A DNA stretch of 64,000 nucleotides from Octopus sinensis (GCF_006345805.1 NC_043007.1:2542001-2606000), one strand, 5' to 3'; positions 41,772-54,018 are shown, counted from the first letter of the stretch. Notes: a model not told the origin generated them from the letters alone. Program-made: numbers and translations.

Positions 41772-43012
41772 TCTCTCTATATATAAAACTAAGAATGTGT
41801 GTCTGTCTGTCTGTATGTTTCCCTAAAACTTGAGAACTACTCAACCAATTTCATTCAAATTTTACACATGCCTTACCTAGGGTCCGGGGACTGTCATCGG
41901 CAAAGAAAATGTTCAACTTCTTGCCTAGGGCGAGCCCATAGTAAGTAATAATTAAAATCAAACTAAAGTATAATATAATCCTAACATAACAAAAGTAAAA
42001 ACAGCAATTGTATAAAATTGCATCAATGACTTGAACTTGAATCAGTGGTTTCACATGAATGGGGATAAATTAAATTAAATCAACTGCGTACTGCTTTTTG
42101 ATTCACCGTAAGATTTCTTGTTATTATTATCACTGTTTAACTATTGTTATCACGCTTGTTGGTTCCTCGTAAGGGAAACGTTGTTGTGTTGCATTTGTTA
42201 AATAATTGTAAACTGTAACCCTCCCCATTTGGGAGAAGGAGCTTTAGTTATTGTTTAAAAATTTCCCTGTTTGGGGAACTTGACAATATTTTCACCGTTT
42301 ACACGGAAGCATTTTTGTTAGAATGCCTTCGATAGAAGAAAGTCCAAAAATGAATTTCGCTGCAGCCGTCGGCGGGCGCGAACTTATTAAAATTAAAATG
42401 GAAGAAATACAGACCTATTTTGGATTGATCACCGACAAAGACGGTGAATCTAGGATAACACCACCAAACGAAATAAAAAATTGAATTAAAGAAAATACTA
42501 TTATCTATAAAATATACAATGTAAAGAAAAAAAATTGAACACTTGGAGGAAAGCACCATCGAAAAGAGTCTTGGTGCGACTATGAAAGATATCTTACCAG
42601 AGGCGGTAAATTCGCCACAATAGAAGCAAGGTTCGAGTCAACGGAGCGTGCAAGGGAGTACTCGACTCGAACTTGCAAAGTGGAAATATTTTATTTTTAC
42701 CTTTATATCTGGGACGTAGGACGTCCCGGATAAAAATTAAAAATATCCCCCCAGAAGTAGAGGTAGGCTGGATTGTAGCCACACTTCTATACAAAAGGGA
42801 GGACAAGATACAATTGATCGGATTGCAAGAGACGGGCCTACAATTCCAGTCTGTTATATATTTTAAGTATTGTTATCACTAGCGATATCAAGATATAACT
42901 TTGTATTTTGTATTTTATGTGTAGATGTATATATATAGATGTACATGTAATATGTACACATATATATACACATATATACATGCACTAGCACAACGACGGG
43001 TCATAACGCTAG
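41772..43012 (+). mobile_element. Non-autonomous Helitron with both termini
   Basis: A|TCTCTCTATATATAAAA ... caacgacgggtcataacgCTAG|T; A/T insertion site without TSD; subterminal hairpin degenerate. Confidence 0.7.
42323..42845 (+). pseudogene. Decayed LINE ORF1-like N-terminal fragment inside the Helitron
   Basis: MPSIEESPKMNFAAAVGG..; YLTRGGKFATIEARF..; LPLYLGRRTSRIKIKNIPPEVEVGWIVATL; stops and frameshifts. Confidence 0.5.
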
Positions 43013-43283
43013 TATCCTATAAAGAAAGAAAGGCAGCATCATTTCAACTGGTGAAATAAACATATTCATCTTATACCTCTTCTGTTTCTCTCTATCCTTA
43101 TTTTTATACACTCCCAATGAAACAAATATTACCAATTGGATTTATTGGATTTCAACTGCACCAGACAAATGCATTTCACCAGTTGGGTTTTTTTCGGGGG
43201 AATCCTATGGTCTTTGAAACCTGATCCATTAAAGGAGCTCTTTAATGAGCGCCACCTGATTTGATAAATCCGTATTGTGTGCA

Positions 43284-43398
<115 letters not shown>

Positions 43399-43446
43399 GG
43401 CTGACGGTTAGTAAGAAGAGACACAAATAAGAAAGAAGAAAACAAA

Positions 43447-43491
43447 GGACCACTGATGCGGTCACAGGAGTGTGACGAAAGAACTCTGGCC
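43447..43491 (+). ncRNA. Minimal type-I hammerhead-like motif
   Basis: ggacca-CUGAUGCG-gucaca-ggag-ugugac-GAAA-gaac-UC-uggcc: perfect 6-bp stem II; A9 altered and one extra nucleotide. Confidence 0.62.
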
Positions 43492-44566
43492 GAAATAAGA
43501 TTAAGCTTAATGTAAAAATAAATAACACTGAAGCAAAATAACACCAAATATATAGTGCCTGTGTTTTTATTGGCTAAACTGGCAAAATGACCATTCCGAA
43601 ATATAACAATATCTGTTTCAACACACGACTTCACATAAAAAAATCTTGCACAACAAATATATAAACGTATATATGTATATATATATATATATACATGGTG
43701 TAAATAAAACAAGTATAATTTTTAAATATAAGTAGAGAGTAATTTCATTCTGTATTTATATGTATGGAAAACAATCTTTGAACGATGCGCATTTACAGAA
43801 TGAATTATTTATATCATATTTCAACTGAAACTATAATCGTATACGTATTTTAAAGCTGCGTTTAGCATCTATCATATATATATATATAAACATATAATAA
43901 AAATGATAAAGACGGGAGGGAACAAGGAAAAGAAAAGCAAGGAGTCACATGTTACCTCTAGGCATTTGTATAGAAAAAGTTTTCATTATAAACTTTTTTG
44001 AGTTTTGCGTTCAAAAGTGTCTTTTTCGTTATATGAACAAAATCATATTCAATTGACCTAGAACCTGTTTCCTTGATTTCAGTTACTACTACGTTTTATG
44101 TATTTATGCCATATTTTTTCCTCTAAGTGTGTGTATGTCTGTGTGTGTATTTAGAGTAAATCTGAACATTTGCTTATTCCAATCATTCTATATCGATTTT
44201 TACTGTTGTATGTAAATCAAAATGCACGTTAAAGATTACGGAAAGATTATTTGGAGAGGTGTTGGGTACAAAAGCAGGGAAATAGTATTTTTTGAGATAC
44301 TATTATTTTCCATTACACGTGTTTCATTTTCTAATAGCAATCACAAAGAGTTATATGTTGCCTAGACATATAAGGAATTTCATTTTAGAGAAATCGCCAG
44401 ACAGAAAATCTTAGAAATACGAAAATAAAAAAAATTTCTGTAAGGTGATAATCTCTTATAGGAAACTACTTTCATGTCCATAAAACATGTAAATCTTTGC
44501 GATTCTTGTTCGAAATTGAAATAAATGTAATAAATAATGCCCCAAATTTCCATTTTTCTGTTTAAT

Positions 44567-44573
<7 letters not shown>

Positions 44574-44643
<70 letters not shown>

Positions 44644-44670
44644 TAGATAGAAGATAGATAGATAGATAGA

Positions 44671-44728
<58 letters not shown>

Positions 44729-44729
44729 C

Positions 44730-44760
<31 letters not shown>

Positions 44761-44779
44761 CATGTGTATATATATATAC

Positions 44780-44840
<61 letters not shown>
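44574..44840. repeat. (TA)n-(TAGA)n-(TA)n compound microsatellite
   Basis: Direct reading. Confidence 0.97.
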
Positions 44841-44842
<2 letters not shown>

Positions 44843-45030
44843 TATATATTGAAATTAGTCAGAAAACATGATCTAGGAACTAAAATAGAAGGTAAATGTT
44901 TTTAATTTTCATTCCCTAGGAGAATTTATCCATAATTAGTGGTTTGAGTTGCTTACTGCTCTTTCTAGTGCAAGGTTTTCCTATGATGCAAACTTCATAA
45001 TGTGCTTTAACGTATACGATATTTTATATT

Positions 45031-45182
<152 letters not shown>

Positions 45183-45693
45183 ATGCATTGCAAAGATTCT
45201 AATCCAGCCTGTTATTTATTGAGCTGCTATTGATCCTCTTACTGTTGCTGTCTTTTTAAGAATCTACATTCATGTCTCCTCTACTACGCCTGTAATTTCT
45301 TATATGAGAAATATAAAAAAAAATCACATTGAAACACTAAGTTCTTTGACAAGTAGATAGAGGCAGGTCATAAAATTTATTTTAGTAGAAGAAATGTACA
45401 CCTTAGTACATAAACGAACAATAATTAGTTCCATTCGATTATGATCGCAGTTGGGAATTCATTTGATATTAACATGTCTTCGGGTAATCATGTAAGTTTA
45501 TTGGCCTTGCGAAGCTCAAAGAAATAACAAACATATTTTAACAAATATCGCTTAGAATATTTAGAATTTGTGACCCGGCATTCCAAATTTGCTGGGATCG
45601 ATTTTACCTGTGACTAATCAGTCATCTATTATATATATATATACGTGTGTGTGTATGTTTGTTTGTGTGTGTGTATGTGAGTGTACATACATA

Positions 45694-45952
45694 GGTGCAG
45701 GTGTGGCTGTGTGGTAAGTAACTTCCAGGTTCAGTCCCACTGCCTGGCACTTTGCGCAAATGTCTTCTACTATAGTTTCGGGCTGACCGAAGACGGAAAC
45801 TGAAAAAGTCTGTCATATGTATGTGTGTGTGTGTGCGCGTCCTCCCATCATCGGTTGGCAACCATTGTTAGTGTGTTTACGTCCCCCTAACCTAGCGGTT
45901 CGGCGAAAGAGGAGAGAATAAGAACTATGCTTACAAAGAATAAGTCCTGGAG
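45694..45952 (+). mobile_element. SINE A with internal deletions
   Basis: Same head, body and ttagcggttcggc..cttacaaagaataagtcc. Confidence 0.8.
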
Positions 45953-45971
45953 ACGAATATATATATATATA

Positions 45972-46008
<37 letters not shown>

Positions 46009-46142
46009 GTGTGTGTGTGTGTGTGAACAAGAGAGACAGAGCAAGGCAGAAAAAGGAAAATACCACTTATATTTGAACACTATACAAATATTCCTTTAAA
46101 AAAACATTTCATTTAATTTTTCTAAATTTAATTATTTAATCG

Positions 46143-46186
46143 TTACAGTTGAAAAGGTCTCAAAATGACTGAAACCGGTACTGAAA
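46143..46186 (+). ncRNA. Minimal type-I hammerhead with U3:A8 core variant
   Basis: cag-UUGAAAA-gguc-ucaaaau-gacu-GAAA-ccgg-UA-cug: stems I and II, palindromic ACCGGU stem III, GUA triplet. Confidence 0.65.
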
Positions 46187-46231
46187 TGTTCTTTATAAAA
46201 TTATTTTAGCATTTTCTATTTTGACTTATTT

Positions 46232-46273
<42 letters not shown>

Positions 46274-46733
46274 GCATACTCACACACGCATATATATATG
46301 CTTAAATTCTAAAGTCAATACGAACGATTCTACTGTATCATCTTTAACAATTCTCACTGAATCTGTTGAGAAGAAATCGTTATGTAAGTACATCTGTCTT
46401 TGAAGTTATCGTACAGAATATTACAGCGCAGCGGCAATTTCTTTACATTATTTACTGTTGTTGGCCTTTTGCTTTCTGTTTGTAAATCAATCGTCTGCTT
46501 CTCACTACATTTACACTTCCTACCATGCTTATATTAACTTACAGTCAATAACATCAGATACGATTTATGAACAGAGGTCGGCTCAGATGGACTACGACGT
46601 TTCCTTGCAAGTTGAAAACATAAGTCAAACACACACACAAACACACACGTACCCAACACACACATATGCACATTTCTATATATGTATATATATATACAAG
46701 TGTATACTTAGGTATAGATTTATGTATATAAAG

Positions 46734-46832
<99 letters not shown>

Positions 46833-46834
46833 TA

Positions 46835-47246
46835 GGCGCAGGAGTGGTTGTGTGGTATGTAGCTTGCTAACCAACCACATGGTTCCGGGTTCAGTCCCAC
46901 TACGTGGCATCTTGGGCAAGTGTCTTCTGCTATAGCCCCGGGCCGACCAATGCCTTGTGAGTGGATTTGGTAGACGGAAACTAAAAGAAGCCTGTCGTAT
47001 ATATGTATATGTATGTATGTATGTGTGTGTATATGTTTGTGTGTCTGTGTTTGTCCCCCTAGCATTGCTTGACAACCAATGCTGGTGTGTTTACGTCCCC
47101 GTCACTTAGCGGTTCGGCAAAAGAGACTGATAGAATAAGTACTGGGCTTACAAAGAATAAGTCCCGGGCTCGATTTGCTCGACTAAAGGAGGTGCTCCAG
47201 CATGGCCGCAGTCAAATGACTGAAACAAGTAAAAGAGTAAAAGAGT
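46835..47246 (+). mobile_element. tRNA-derived CORE-like SINE family A, best-preserved full copy
   Basis: A box tggttgtgtgg, B box ggttcagtccc, CORE-like cttgggcaagtg, internal microsatellite, tail cagcatggccgcagtcaaatgactgaaac plus gtaaaaga repeats. Confidence 0.92.
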
Positions 47247-48834
47247 ATATGTTCATATATACGTATTTATATGTGTGAATAATTAATAAGTAAAAGGAAG
47301 CAGTCAGAATGTTGGATTATACTTTATTAGCGCTTTCGTCCGTTCATAGTGACACCTATATATGTTTATACATGTAAGTATATACATGCTTATATATTCA
47401 AATATCCATATCTATATTACTCTCAAACATACAACACACACGCACATGTAATATTATAGTGAAAATTACTACGAAATATTTCCGGTGATGTGGATAATTC
47501 AAGATCTGGTAATTTGAATATGCTAATGCTATATACCTGGGTGAAATACTGAAATCTCTAAGACTATAATTGTAATAAATATTCGATTCTTTTTCTTTTT
47601 TGTATTAAATCTTCTGTGCATATGATTTTTTCTGGAGACATGTGTTTTTTATAGTTTAAACATATACCTTCTTCATATTTTGTTAGTGAATCTTCAAACA
47701 CATCTTTTCCAGTGGAAATACAAAAACCTTTTTTTTTTTATTAAATAAATAGTTTCATTTTATTAGACATGTGTAACTCCCCAAATGGAAATTGAAATGG
47801 AATGACACGTTGTTTTTCATGATGTGCATGCCTTTTTATAAATATGGTTGTTGTTATTGGTATCTTAGGTAAGTAGGTCAAACTATTCCACTATACAATT
47901 TGGTGCCTATTGTATTGAACTGGATACAACGTGAAGCAAAAGTAGACTTGGTGAGTGTTAAAATAGGTCAGTGACAGGTAAGGAATTAATTTCTATTTCT
48001 CATTGAGTCCGGCCGCGCAACAGTTTCTGCCAACGATTCGCTTCTGTAATTCTTATTCATTTCTGGCTCTATTTTCTGAAGAGTTCTATTGGCAGGGGTC
48101 ATAGGAGTTTTCTCTTGGGGCACCGAATGTTATAGTTTTCATTCTGCGCGTTATACGTGTACGTATAATCGATGAAATTATAGACAAACATTATTGAAAG
48201 ACTTTTAATTAAATCGAAATAAGAATCTGTTAATCATAACACTCTCGTTGATTAAATCTCGCCTTACACATTGATTGCTTTTTCGTAGTTCGAAATCAAT
48301 ACTGCGTGGAAGGAGCTGAGGCGTTATTTTAAGGTCTTTTCCTCACCCACAAGAGTGAATGGCACCATCAAATATGATGTAGTTTGTAACGCGTACATAT
48401 TGTTTATCGATCCGCTATTTTATCTAATTTTATATTCTAGATTTTCTCTGGTCCTTTAAGAAATAGCATCCAACTTTCACTCAAATCATTCTACAAAACC
48501 GGAAACCAAAGGATAATGTATCCCAAGATGCACTATGAGAACAGATGAAATGCATTTAGCTTGACTGCTTTAGTTTGGCTATTTTATTTTGTTCAAAGTA
48601 TCTTTATAATTTTTTCCTTTGTTCAAATTACAAAAGAATTCTTTTTTCTAATAGTAATGGTGTTTATGTCACTAAACCTTAGTGGTGATTTGTTGGTTTG
48701 CTTTTCTGCATTTAAAAAAAACAAGCAAAACAAACAAACAGATATACAAGTTGCTGATAAAATTAAATAATAACGATATATTTACACATTTCCCTAAAAT
48801 TTGGGTTCCCTCTGCATCACATTTACACGCTTTA

Positions 48835-49658
48835 TATTGTGTTGAGCTAAAAATTTTGCAATATTTTGTTATCTGCTTTACAAAAATGCAGCCGAACATT
48901 CAATGAAGAATCCGACGTGTTGCACCATCTGAAGCCATCCTTCTGCCAGTTCTTTGATCTCATATTTATACTATTTCTTGTATTTGGAGGTAGAAAATTC
49001 CTTCATTGAAGCATCTCCATCCTCTGGGTTGATGAGCGCTTGGCGCGTGTCACGAACTGGAACAAACAATAATGTGTAGGACATATTTTCCCGCACTCCA
49101 AACTTGCATAAACATTGGTTCAGCAAAGGACGTATTCCCGAACCATTCATCAAACATGGACATCTCGAATTCAAGTTGAGGATCTGAGTCTGGTGGATAG
49201 TTCAAACAGCTGGAGAGGATGTATTGTAGTTTGCGGTAAAATTACCAATCATTCGTTAACAGAAATCGAACTCTTCTGCGGCAAGACACCACAAGACCTA
49301 ATAAAGCTCGAACGACTCAGAATAAACGCTAGAAAACTGATGAAAATGAACTGATTCTACATTTAGCTTATAGTGCACATCTAGATCTCACGGATTATTA
49401 CTTATTCCAATCAATGCCTCACTTCCTGTGCTCACGACTCTTTATCAAGCAACAGGAGGTGAAAGCTCCAGTGAAGAAGTTCTTCGCCTAGAAGGACAAG
49501 AACTGGTATCAAGAATCAAAGAAGTGGCGGAAAGGTGACCTTAGACAGTGCTACACGATGATCTCTAGAATGCTACGTTGCTTTTCTCCTAATAGTTTTT
49601 TTGCGAATAAAACAGCTATGTTTCAAAAATAGTGAAAGCCCTTTGACTCAACACAATA
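48835..49658. mobile_element. Rearranged mariner bounded by two inverted 3' ends
   Basis: TIRs tattgtgttgag / ctcaacacaata; minus IKELAEGWLQMVQH at 48900-48960 mirrors plus IKEVAER*P*TVLHD at 49515-49565; plus strand VNRNRTLLRQD..DYYLFQSM. Confidence 0.8.
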
Positions 49659-49666
49659 TTATTAAT

Positions 49667-49891
49667 CAATTGCAGCGTGGAAGGTGTTTATAAGCCATTT
49701 AAAAACACACAAAAACCGTTAGATTCCGTGCTGCACGGAATTTTGTCAATGAACGGAATTTTGTCAGTCAACAGGGCGGCGGTCTCAAAGCGACGAAAAT
49801 ATTTTGGCAAACCAAATTTAAATGTTGAAGTGAATCTAACGGTTTTTGTGTGTTTTTAAATGGCTTATAAACACCTTCCACGCTGAAATTG
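49667..49891. repeat. 60-bp near-perfect inverted repeat enclosing a hammerhead-like motif
   Basis: 49667-49726 versus 49832-49891; one mismatch near the outer end. Confidence 0.95.
49760..49811 (+). ncRNA. Hammerhead-like motif with G3:C8 core variant (decayed)
   Basis: uuguca-GUCAACA-gggcggc..gcgac-GAAA-auau-UU-uggcaa; the adjacent partial duplicate reads uguca-AUGAAC, so together they imply GUGAACA. Confidence 0.5.
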
Positions 49892-50753
49892 TTTTCGTTC
49901 CAGCACACGATCTTAGATCAGGTCACTCGCTATGTAAGTACATCTCCGTAATATTATTAAAGATTCCCGTATACAAAGAAAATCATGCTGCTAGGCAACG
50001 CTCTCAGTAACTGCGGTTCGGTTTACATTTATTATCACAACTTTATTTTTTATTACACATCTGTGATCTTTGCAATGATTTCAATTTCTTCAAGTACAGT
50101 TGTGTGACGGAAACTTACTGAAAACATAACTGAAACTGAAGAGAAGGACAACATACTGTGAGTATGGCCATTGTCAATATGAGACCACCAAATTATAGCA
50201 ATATCGATTTCAACATAAATCGAGCCACAAAACAAATTTTAAAAGACACGATTGCTTATTAATCCGTTATATTACATAGCTCTTAAACATTTTTAATTTG
50301 CATATTTTAGCGATACCGTTAATAAATATAGATTTCCAAAGATTCGATCGCCTGATTCAGTATCAACAATGATGATGGGTGTAAAAAGTGATTTGAAATT
50401 TTTAAAAATGTAAAAAATAAAGAACAAAACCTATTAATCTTCTGATCTGTTGGCAAACCAAGGCTGTTTAAGGCAAACGAAGTCTGACAGGTCGGAACAT
50501 CTGTACATAATTGACTTTTTTTGCAACAAAACTGAGATTGTCTTTTAAACTGCTTATCAATTTAAATAATTGATGCTTTCATTTTCTTAACAAAGAAACC
50601 AATTCCGAAACCTTAAGTATCTAGTGTACGTAGATTTCAGTTTACACACTCTAACTAAATTTTCGTAATTCCTAAGTTCTACAGTCTTGAGTTATTTTTT
50701 AGCTTTTCATACATATATATATATCTATATATACCGGAGTAAACACATAAATG

Positions 50754-51380
50754 TTAGTTAGTTAGTTAGTTAGTTAATTTGTCTCAAAAGCAAATAGCAA
50801 GGCCATGTAGGGGGACATGGAGTTAAGTACAGGGTGGTGTTCATGTAAAGAGTTCAGGCCACTTGAGGTCCAGGGAGGCTTTGAACAAAGCGGTCGTCGG
50901 CATCTTCACCATCTCGTCTGGCAGCTTGTTCCACGGATCCGCAACCCGGACGGAGAAAGCTCCTCTCCTTCGATTGAGATGAAATCGTCGCAGGTAGAGC
51001 TTTTCGGAATGACCCCGCAGCCGACGCTCCGGAGCAGGAGTGAAGAACAGCTCTTTCGAGAGGTTACACTTCCCGCTTATGATGTTGTGGGCGAGAATGA
51101 GATCACCGCGGCGGCGGCGTTTTTCAAGAGAATAAAGGTCGAGCGTCCTCAGCCTTTCTTCGTAGGACAAATTTTTGAGACCATGAACCATGCGGGTAGC
51201 CAGCCTCTGGACTCTTTCGAGGTGCTGTATGTCTTTGAGGAGATAAGGAGAAGAGGCTTGAATCCCATACTCCAATATGGGTCTCACCAGCGTGACATAG
51301 AGTGGCAGGAATATGGCTGCTGTGAGCATTCCGAATGACCGTCGAATCAAAAACAGAATTCCGCGCGCTTTGTTGGCAGC
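50754..51380 (-). mobile_element. Young 5'-truncated CR1 LINE 3' end
   Basis: Uninterrupted ORF 50841-51350 (LVRPILEY..LERVQRLATR..SYEERL..LYSLEKRRRRGDLI..RGH..WNKLP); short 3' UTR; (AACT)n tail. Confidence 0.95.
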
Positions 51381-51539
51381 ATGTGAAACAAAGTGGAAAA
51401 AAGAGTACTCAAATACAAGCGGTAGAGTAATATGCTTTATTTAAAGCAGCAGAATCAACAAAACCTGTTACTCTGAGTTTCCCGTTGCTGTTCATCAGAG
51501 TAACAGGTTTTGTTGAATTTTCTGCTGCTTTAAATAAAG
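51381..51539 (-). mobile_element. PLE-type pLTR remnant with hammerhead core inside a ~42-bp-arm fold-back
   Basis: Arms 51435-51476 and 51495-51539; minus strand CUGAUGA-acagcaacgg-GAAA-cucagag-UA-acagg; tail continues at 50733-50754. Confidence 0.75.
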
Positions 51540-51602
<63 letters not shown>

Positions 51603-51604
<2 letters not shown>

Positions 51605-51830
51605 CCGAGTAAGCACAATAAATATGTGAAACAAGGTTGAAAAATAGTACTCGAATACTGGAAGGAGAATAATATGTTTTATTTTTAAAGCTGAAAATAC
51701 ACCACAAAGATATCACAAAAAACAGCCCCTCAGAGTTTCACGTTCCCGTTCATCGGGCAGTTGTGAGCATTCTCGATCAGAGCTGTCCAATGAAAGGGAA
51801 CGTGAAACTGAGTAGCAGTATTTTGGAGAG
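51603..51830. mobile_element. Second copy of the same pLTR family with an inverted pair of hammerhead-like motifs
   Basis: Minus 51722-51762: CCGAUGA-acg-ggaa-cgu-GAAA-cucugag; plus 51783-51818: cugu-CCAAUGA-aagggaacgu-GAAA-cugag-UA-gcag. Confidence 0.7.
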
Positions 51831-52828
51831 CATAAAGATTAAGGCTGTAGTTGAGAAAATGTTAGCTGATATGGAAGACTGGAAGTTACCTAAATGTTGG
51901 AAAATAACCCCTTGTATCATGCTACTTCGCACCCGGTAACAAAATACCGACATCACGAATGCTTTTCATGATTTGTGAACTCTATAATGGCTTTACTGTA
52001 AGACGTTTCATCAACATTTCGAACAGAGAATGAGATGCTGGGTTCAACAGAAAGGGACACACACACACGCACATACATACATACACACGCACTTACTTAG
52101 GCCCAAAGAAACAGAGGACAATCGGTGGCCTCACGGTAAATACAATTCGATTTCATTTCAGGTTAATAAGCTCACTACAGGTAATGGAAGACAAGCTGCG
52201 GCCATGGCTAGACTGAGTTTCTGTTTTCTAATCCAGTCGGAAGAAACTTTGTCTTTCTTCCTCTCGGCTTCCATATATATAAGTAATACAATCAATGAAA
52301 TCCACTGACAACCTTTCCCAAATTTTTGCTCTTGTCACTGTGTTAAAAACAATTACAATCGTTAGTATAAGTCTGGTTATTGCATTGTTGTATTTAGTCA
52401 CGAACATCGACGTTCTGTGTTCAAAACCTATCGAGGTTATTCTAACTTTCTCTCTTATTGTATAGATAAAGGTGGTGAAAGGGGGATTACGGCATTCCTA
52501 TATTTATCTTCACACGTTGATGCTATATAATTCCATATTCTGCTGAGGTATACTTTGCTTTTCATCTTTACCGATCGATTATATAAGCACTAATTGATTA
52601 TGAAGGTCGATCTAATCGGCTATGCCCAAACGTCAGCGAAAGTCTTAGTGCCTATGTTGCGAATCAATATCGATTTAAGATGTTTACGTTTTGCTTGGAA
52701 ATCCTGCGAATATCGGATTTACGTTTCATCGATTTGGAATCAATAAAATAAATAGCAATCAAGAAACGACGAGACTTTACCGTTCGACTATATCGTGTGC
52801 AGTAGCAGCGGCAGCAACAGCGACTACA

Positions 52829-53195
52829 GGATGCGCAATGGCCCAGTGGTTAGGGCAGCGGACTCGCCGTCGGTGGATCGTGGTTTCAATTCCCAGACCG
52901 ACCGTTGTGTGTGTTTATTGAGCGAAAACACCTAAAGCTCCACGAGTCTCCGGCAGGGGGTGGTGGCGACCCCTGTTGTACTCTTTCGCCCCAACTTTCT
53001 CTCACTCTATCTTCCTGCTTCTTGTCTCCGACTTCCTACGCAGCCGCTGAGCCTGGATGCGCATTCATCCATCCGTCGATGCTCTCGGTGTCGTGGGGTT
53101 GACCTGCTTTCTCTTCTGCGGTTCTCACGAATAGCTAAGGACCACGATTCGGACTTCTCCCACTGCGAGCTGTGGGACGAAGACCGCTTCGCTCA
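52829..53195 (+). mobile_element. tRNA(Arg)-like SINE family C, tail type 3
   Basis: tggcccagtggttagggcagcggactcg..ggtttcaattccc; body shared to ~53020, then a unique GC-rich tail and (CAG/CAA)n. Confidence 0.85.
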
Positions 53196-53429
53196 ACAGC
53201 AACAGCAGCGGCAGCAGCAGCAGTAGCAAGCTCAGTGGTAGTAGTAGTAGTAGTAGTAAATGTTAAGGGATGGAAAGAGCCGATTACATCAACCCCAGTG
53301 CTCAAATGGTACCCATTTATCGACTTTGGAATGATAAATCCCAAAAATATAACGTGCCAAAAAAATAAAATTCCGAAATACCCCTAACATTTTCCTGGCG
53401 CGCTATTGATTCTCAAGAAACACTTCTTT

Positions 53430-53469
<40 letters not shown>

Positions 53470-53487
53470 TAATAATAATAATAATAA

Positions 53488-54018
53488 TTGGCTCTCATGG
53501 CTTCTGATCTTAACTGATTGGAAGTGTTATTATGTACATTGTTTGTCTTGGTATAAAAGATGGGCTACAGCAAATATTCTGCTCAATACCACAGATTTGC
53601 TTGTCAGTGTTGACCTTAACCAGTTGAGCATGTCCTTAGTGGCTGACGATATGTGCATCTCTGATCACGAGCCAGAAGTAGTGGGGGAGCCATCATAGCA
53701 TGTGTTGAGAGGAATTCTTTGGGGTTTGAATAATTCACCTCTGGAAAATGGGTGGTTCTTTCAATAACCTTAAACAACCCTTATTCAGGGACCTTTTGAG
53801 CGGGATGGGCTACTCAACCTGTAGAAAATTCTAACTGGGCCCCAGCTGCAAGGTCATGTGCTGTTTATCTTGATATGAGATCCCCATGTCGCGCACATAT
53901 GGTTGTGATGCATGTGCCTGGTGTACCCTTATTAGACGGGTAGTCATGATGGGTATATTGGGCTTCGTATATTTTATCCCAGTGTCACATTGATGGCATG
54001 AACCGCTCTCTCACTCAA
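53488..54018 (+). mobile_element. Non-coding retroposon 3' segment embedded in (TAA)n, copy 1
   Basis: Colinear with 55083-55610; both end tctcactc-aataataat. Confidence 0.75.

Noticed and set aside
50817-51338. 173-aa plus-strand ORF
   Set aside because: Antisense shadow of the GC-rich CR1 ORF; no recognisable motif
52829-52902. tRNA-Arg gene
   Set aside because: No proper cloverleaf; continues into a SINE body shared by other copies
53488-53760. Single-base indels between repeat copies and phase shifts in (TA)n runs
   Set aside because: Pattern is compatible with long-read consensus error, so some apparent frameshifts or motif damage in this window may be artefactual
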